Assembly: GCA_965371015.1 (NCBI GenBank)
Contig: CBDUWU010000002.1
Span: 1 to 46,442 of the forward strand
DNA: 46,442 nt
Reading direction: 5' to 3'
From: an uncultured bacterium
GTDB taxonomy: Bacteria > Krumholzibacteriota > Krumholzibacteriia > WVZY01 > JAKEHA01
Shown here: positions 44,697 through 46,442 of the stretch, piece after piece
Position numbering within the stretch: position 1 is the first letter of the stretch
How the letters are laid out: each line of letters starts with the position of its first letter
Notes under the pieces: model-generated
Seen by the model: the letters and a program-made list of their open reading frames with translations, nothing else
Database searches by the model: none
What the model was told of the DNA's origin: nothing
Made by a program: the position numbers and the translations under genes

Positions 44697-46430
44697 TCAG
44701 TCCTTTTTGCCGTAACAGACGGTCCCTCGCCCGGAGCGTCCGTCCACCTTGACCAGCAGCGGTTGATCGAGCTCGACGTGACAAACGTAATCCGTTTCCC
44801 GGACGACGCGTTGGCGGGACAGCCAGTCCCACGCGATGGGGGTGGCACTCTCGTGGTGCACCGTAAAGTAACTCACGCGGAAACTCGATATATTGTGAAA
44901 GAAATGTGCGCCCTGGCTGGGTTCGACGGTCATTCCTTCCAGTGTTGATTCCACAATGACTCTGGCTCCGCTGATCTGCCCCCAGTTGACCGGTATGCCC
45001 AGCCACGGATCGGAGCTGCCCCATCTTCCGAATCCTATCAACATGTAGGGTCTTTTCTGGTCGAACAGTCCGCGGTTGAAGGTCTCTATTTCGCCAACGA
45101 TTACCGGCGTGAGCCGCGCCTCGAACACATCCGGTTTGACGAATACAACGTCCCGAATCGCATTCTCGACACCGTTTCCCATCACACGGTTCGACGCCAG
45201 CAGAAGGTCGCCGGTCCCTTCAACGATTTCCGGCACTTCGACACGTTGCTTCGACACCATCATGGGGCGTACCTGCAGGAAGGCAAGCCGGGCGTCTCCA
45301 TCTTCCCGACGTGGAAACGTCATGGCAAACTCCATCTCCACCGCACTGCCCGTCGCGTTTCCGAACACGTCGAGAAGTTTTTTGATCACCGCATTCACGG
45401 GCCAGGTCTGCAAATCAAGCAACGGGGCAAAGTCCAGCACGCGCGCCCCCTTGATGCCCACACCGGGCGAGAGCCGGTCGCGCCCCGGATCGTAAGTGGA
45501 CGCGACGAACCGCAGCGTGTCGTCGTAGTCGGCATCCTCGAGGCCGCTTTCAGCGAGGTATTCCGTTTCTATCGTCGGATCAAAAGCGGGGGGCTTGCCC
45601 AGGTTGACAGCCCAGAAACGAAGCTGCGTGTTCTTCATCAGCTCACCCGTCGTCGCAAACGGCGGCCGCGACCGGGGATGCGCGGGTGAATACGCCCACG
45701 ACACCCCCCCGTCGACGATCGTCTTCCCCAGGCCGAGGGCGAGATTGACCACGCCCTCTTCCGGTTTCGCGGAGCCCGTTCGATAGTAGTTGTACGACCG
45801 GCACACGCCGGAGAGTTGGGGGTAAAAACGATTTCCGAACTGTTCACCCACGACTTCCTGGATAACGACCGCCATTTTCTCGTCGCGCACCGTCTTGTCC
45901 GTCGCCTGGATATAACTCGCCGCGGCCCGGGAGAATGTCGACGCATAGACAAATTTGATCGCTTCGACAAGGCTCTTGAACCGGGCGTCAGGGTCGGCCT
46001 GGTTGTTCGGAATCATCTTGGTTTCGTAAATACCCGCGAAGGGATGCGCCAGTGCATCTTCAAGAAGGCTGGATGAACGGAGCGCGAGCGGCCGACCTTT
46101 GGTCTGTTCGACCAGGGCACGCAGGTCACCGACGTGCTCGACGGGCAGGTCCGCTTTCTGGAAGGCAAGCGCGATCCGCTCGTCCGCCACTCCGGAGAGC
46201 GCGATCTCGTACAACCCGTTCCGCTCCATGAAGGCGTCGAACAAGTCCGTCGTGAGCACGGTGGACGTGGGGATGTCGATCCGGATTCCCTGAAATTCGC
46301 CGGCCTCGAAGTGTTCGTTGAGTACGTCGCGCCCCTGGACGAGCCCGGTCGCTTTGCCACCCAGCCCACCATCCCCGATGCGCATGAACGGCTCGCCCGA
46401 TTCGAAGAACTTCCGGGCGAACCGCGGCAC
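44697..46430 (-). CDS. PPDK_N (PEP/pyruvate-binding ATP-grasp) domain protein with GRWGS/HFF C-terminal module; 5' end may continue past the window
   Basis: GTG 46430 is taken as the start, but the frame stays open to 46442. GGKATGL, ALRSSSLLED, MAVVIQEVV, VEMEFA and LAFLQVRPM. Then LIGFGRWGS...QGAHFF. Confidence 0.8.
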   Translation of the reverse strand: MPRFARKFFESGEPFMRIGDGGLGGKATGLVQGRDVLNEHFEAGEFQGIRIDIPTSTVLTTDLFDAFMERNGLYEIALSGVADERIALAFQKADLPVEHVGDLRALVEQTKGRPLALRSSSLLEDALAHPFAGIYETKMIPNNQADPDARFKSLVEAIKFVYASTFSRAAASYIQATDKTVRDEKMAVVIQEVVGEQFGNRFYPQLSGVCRSYNYYRTGSAKPEEGVVNLALGLGKTIVDGGVSWAYSPAHPRSRPPFATTGELMKNTQLRFWAVNLGKPPAFDPTIETEYLAESGLEDADYDDTLRFVASTYDPGRDRLSPGVGIKGARVLDFAPLLDLQTWPVNAVIKKLLDVFGNATGSAVEMEFAMTFPRREDGDARLAFLQVRPMMVSKQRVEVPEIVEGTGDLLLASNRVMGNGVENAIRDVVFVKPDVFEARLTPVIVGEIETFNRGLFDQKRPYMLIGFGRWGSSDPWLGIPVNWGQISGARVIVESTLEGMTVEPSQGAHFFHNISSFRVSYFTVHHESATPIAWDWLSRQRVVRETDYVCHVELDQPLLVKVDGRSGRGTVCYGKKD

Positions 46431-46442
46431 CGGCGTCTTGTT

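Noticed and set aside
1-46442. CRISPR arrays, tRNA/rRNA genes, transposases/integrases, prophage or defence-island hallmarks
   Set aside because: I scanned the intergenic regions by eye. There are no spaced direct-repeat arrays, no cloverleaf-like sequences, no IS terminal repeats and no recombinase-like ORFs. All gaps longer than 100 nt are accounted for by promoters, leaders or hairpins. A computational scan (tRNAscan-SE, Infernal, ISEScan) would be needed to be certain.

Overview
GC-rich bacterial chromosomal window, densely coding. I call 36 protein genes. I found no rRNA, tRNA, CRISPR array, transposase or integrase. Lineage hint: a PEP-CTERM protein and a T9SS (Por-tail/FlgD-Ig-like) C-terminal sorting domain occur together with strong GGAGG Shine-Dalgarno sites, which suggests an uncultured FCB-group-like or related environmental lineage. 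This is inference only. Left to right: a GT-C/TPR glycosyltransferase (partial), pyrE, a GYF/TPR membrane protein and a PEP-CTERM protein (both behind sigma54-type promoters), and an M16 peptidase pair. Next comes a sarcosine-oxidase/proline-dehydrogenase-like flavoenzyme operon interrupted by an exported NPP-type phosphodiesterase. Then a PAS-GAF-PAS-REC sensor, an ADP-forming acyl-CoA synthetase, an LMW-PTP, and a GATase1 / PQQ-sugar dehydrogenase / ubiE operon. A long minus-strand cluster follows: prolyl oligopeptidase, GT2, arsM, arsS, GT2, GT-C, GT2, DUF547. After it come the thiamine operon thiO-thiS-thiG-tenI-like-thiE-thiD, a racemase-family gene, an acyl-CoA ligase, a heparinase II/III-like lyase with a T9SS tail and a metallophosphoesterase. 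The right edge holds two translationally coupled PPDK_N (PEP/pyruvate-binding ATP-grasp) paralogs. The two best candidates for an undescribed system are these. (1) The PPDK_N pair: it has no swivel phosphohistidine domain, shares an uncharacterised GRWGS..HFF C-terminal module, and one member is fused to a GAF-like sensor and a Pol-beta nucleotidyltransferase. (2) The arsM/arsS arsenosugar core embedded in a glycosyltransferase-rich operon. Many long ORFs in the supplied track are off-frame or antisense artefacts of high GC. Several 'longest ORF' starts are wrong, and some are actually TTGACA -35 boxes. All domain calls come from reading motifs by eye; no searches were run.
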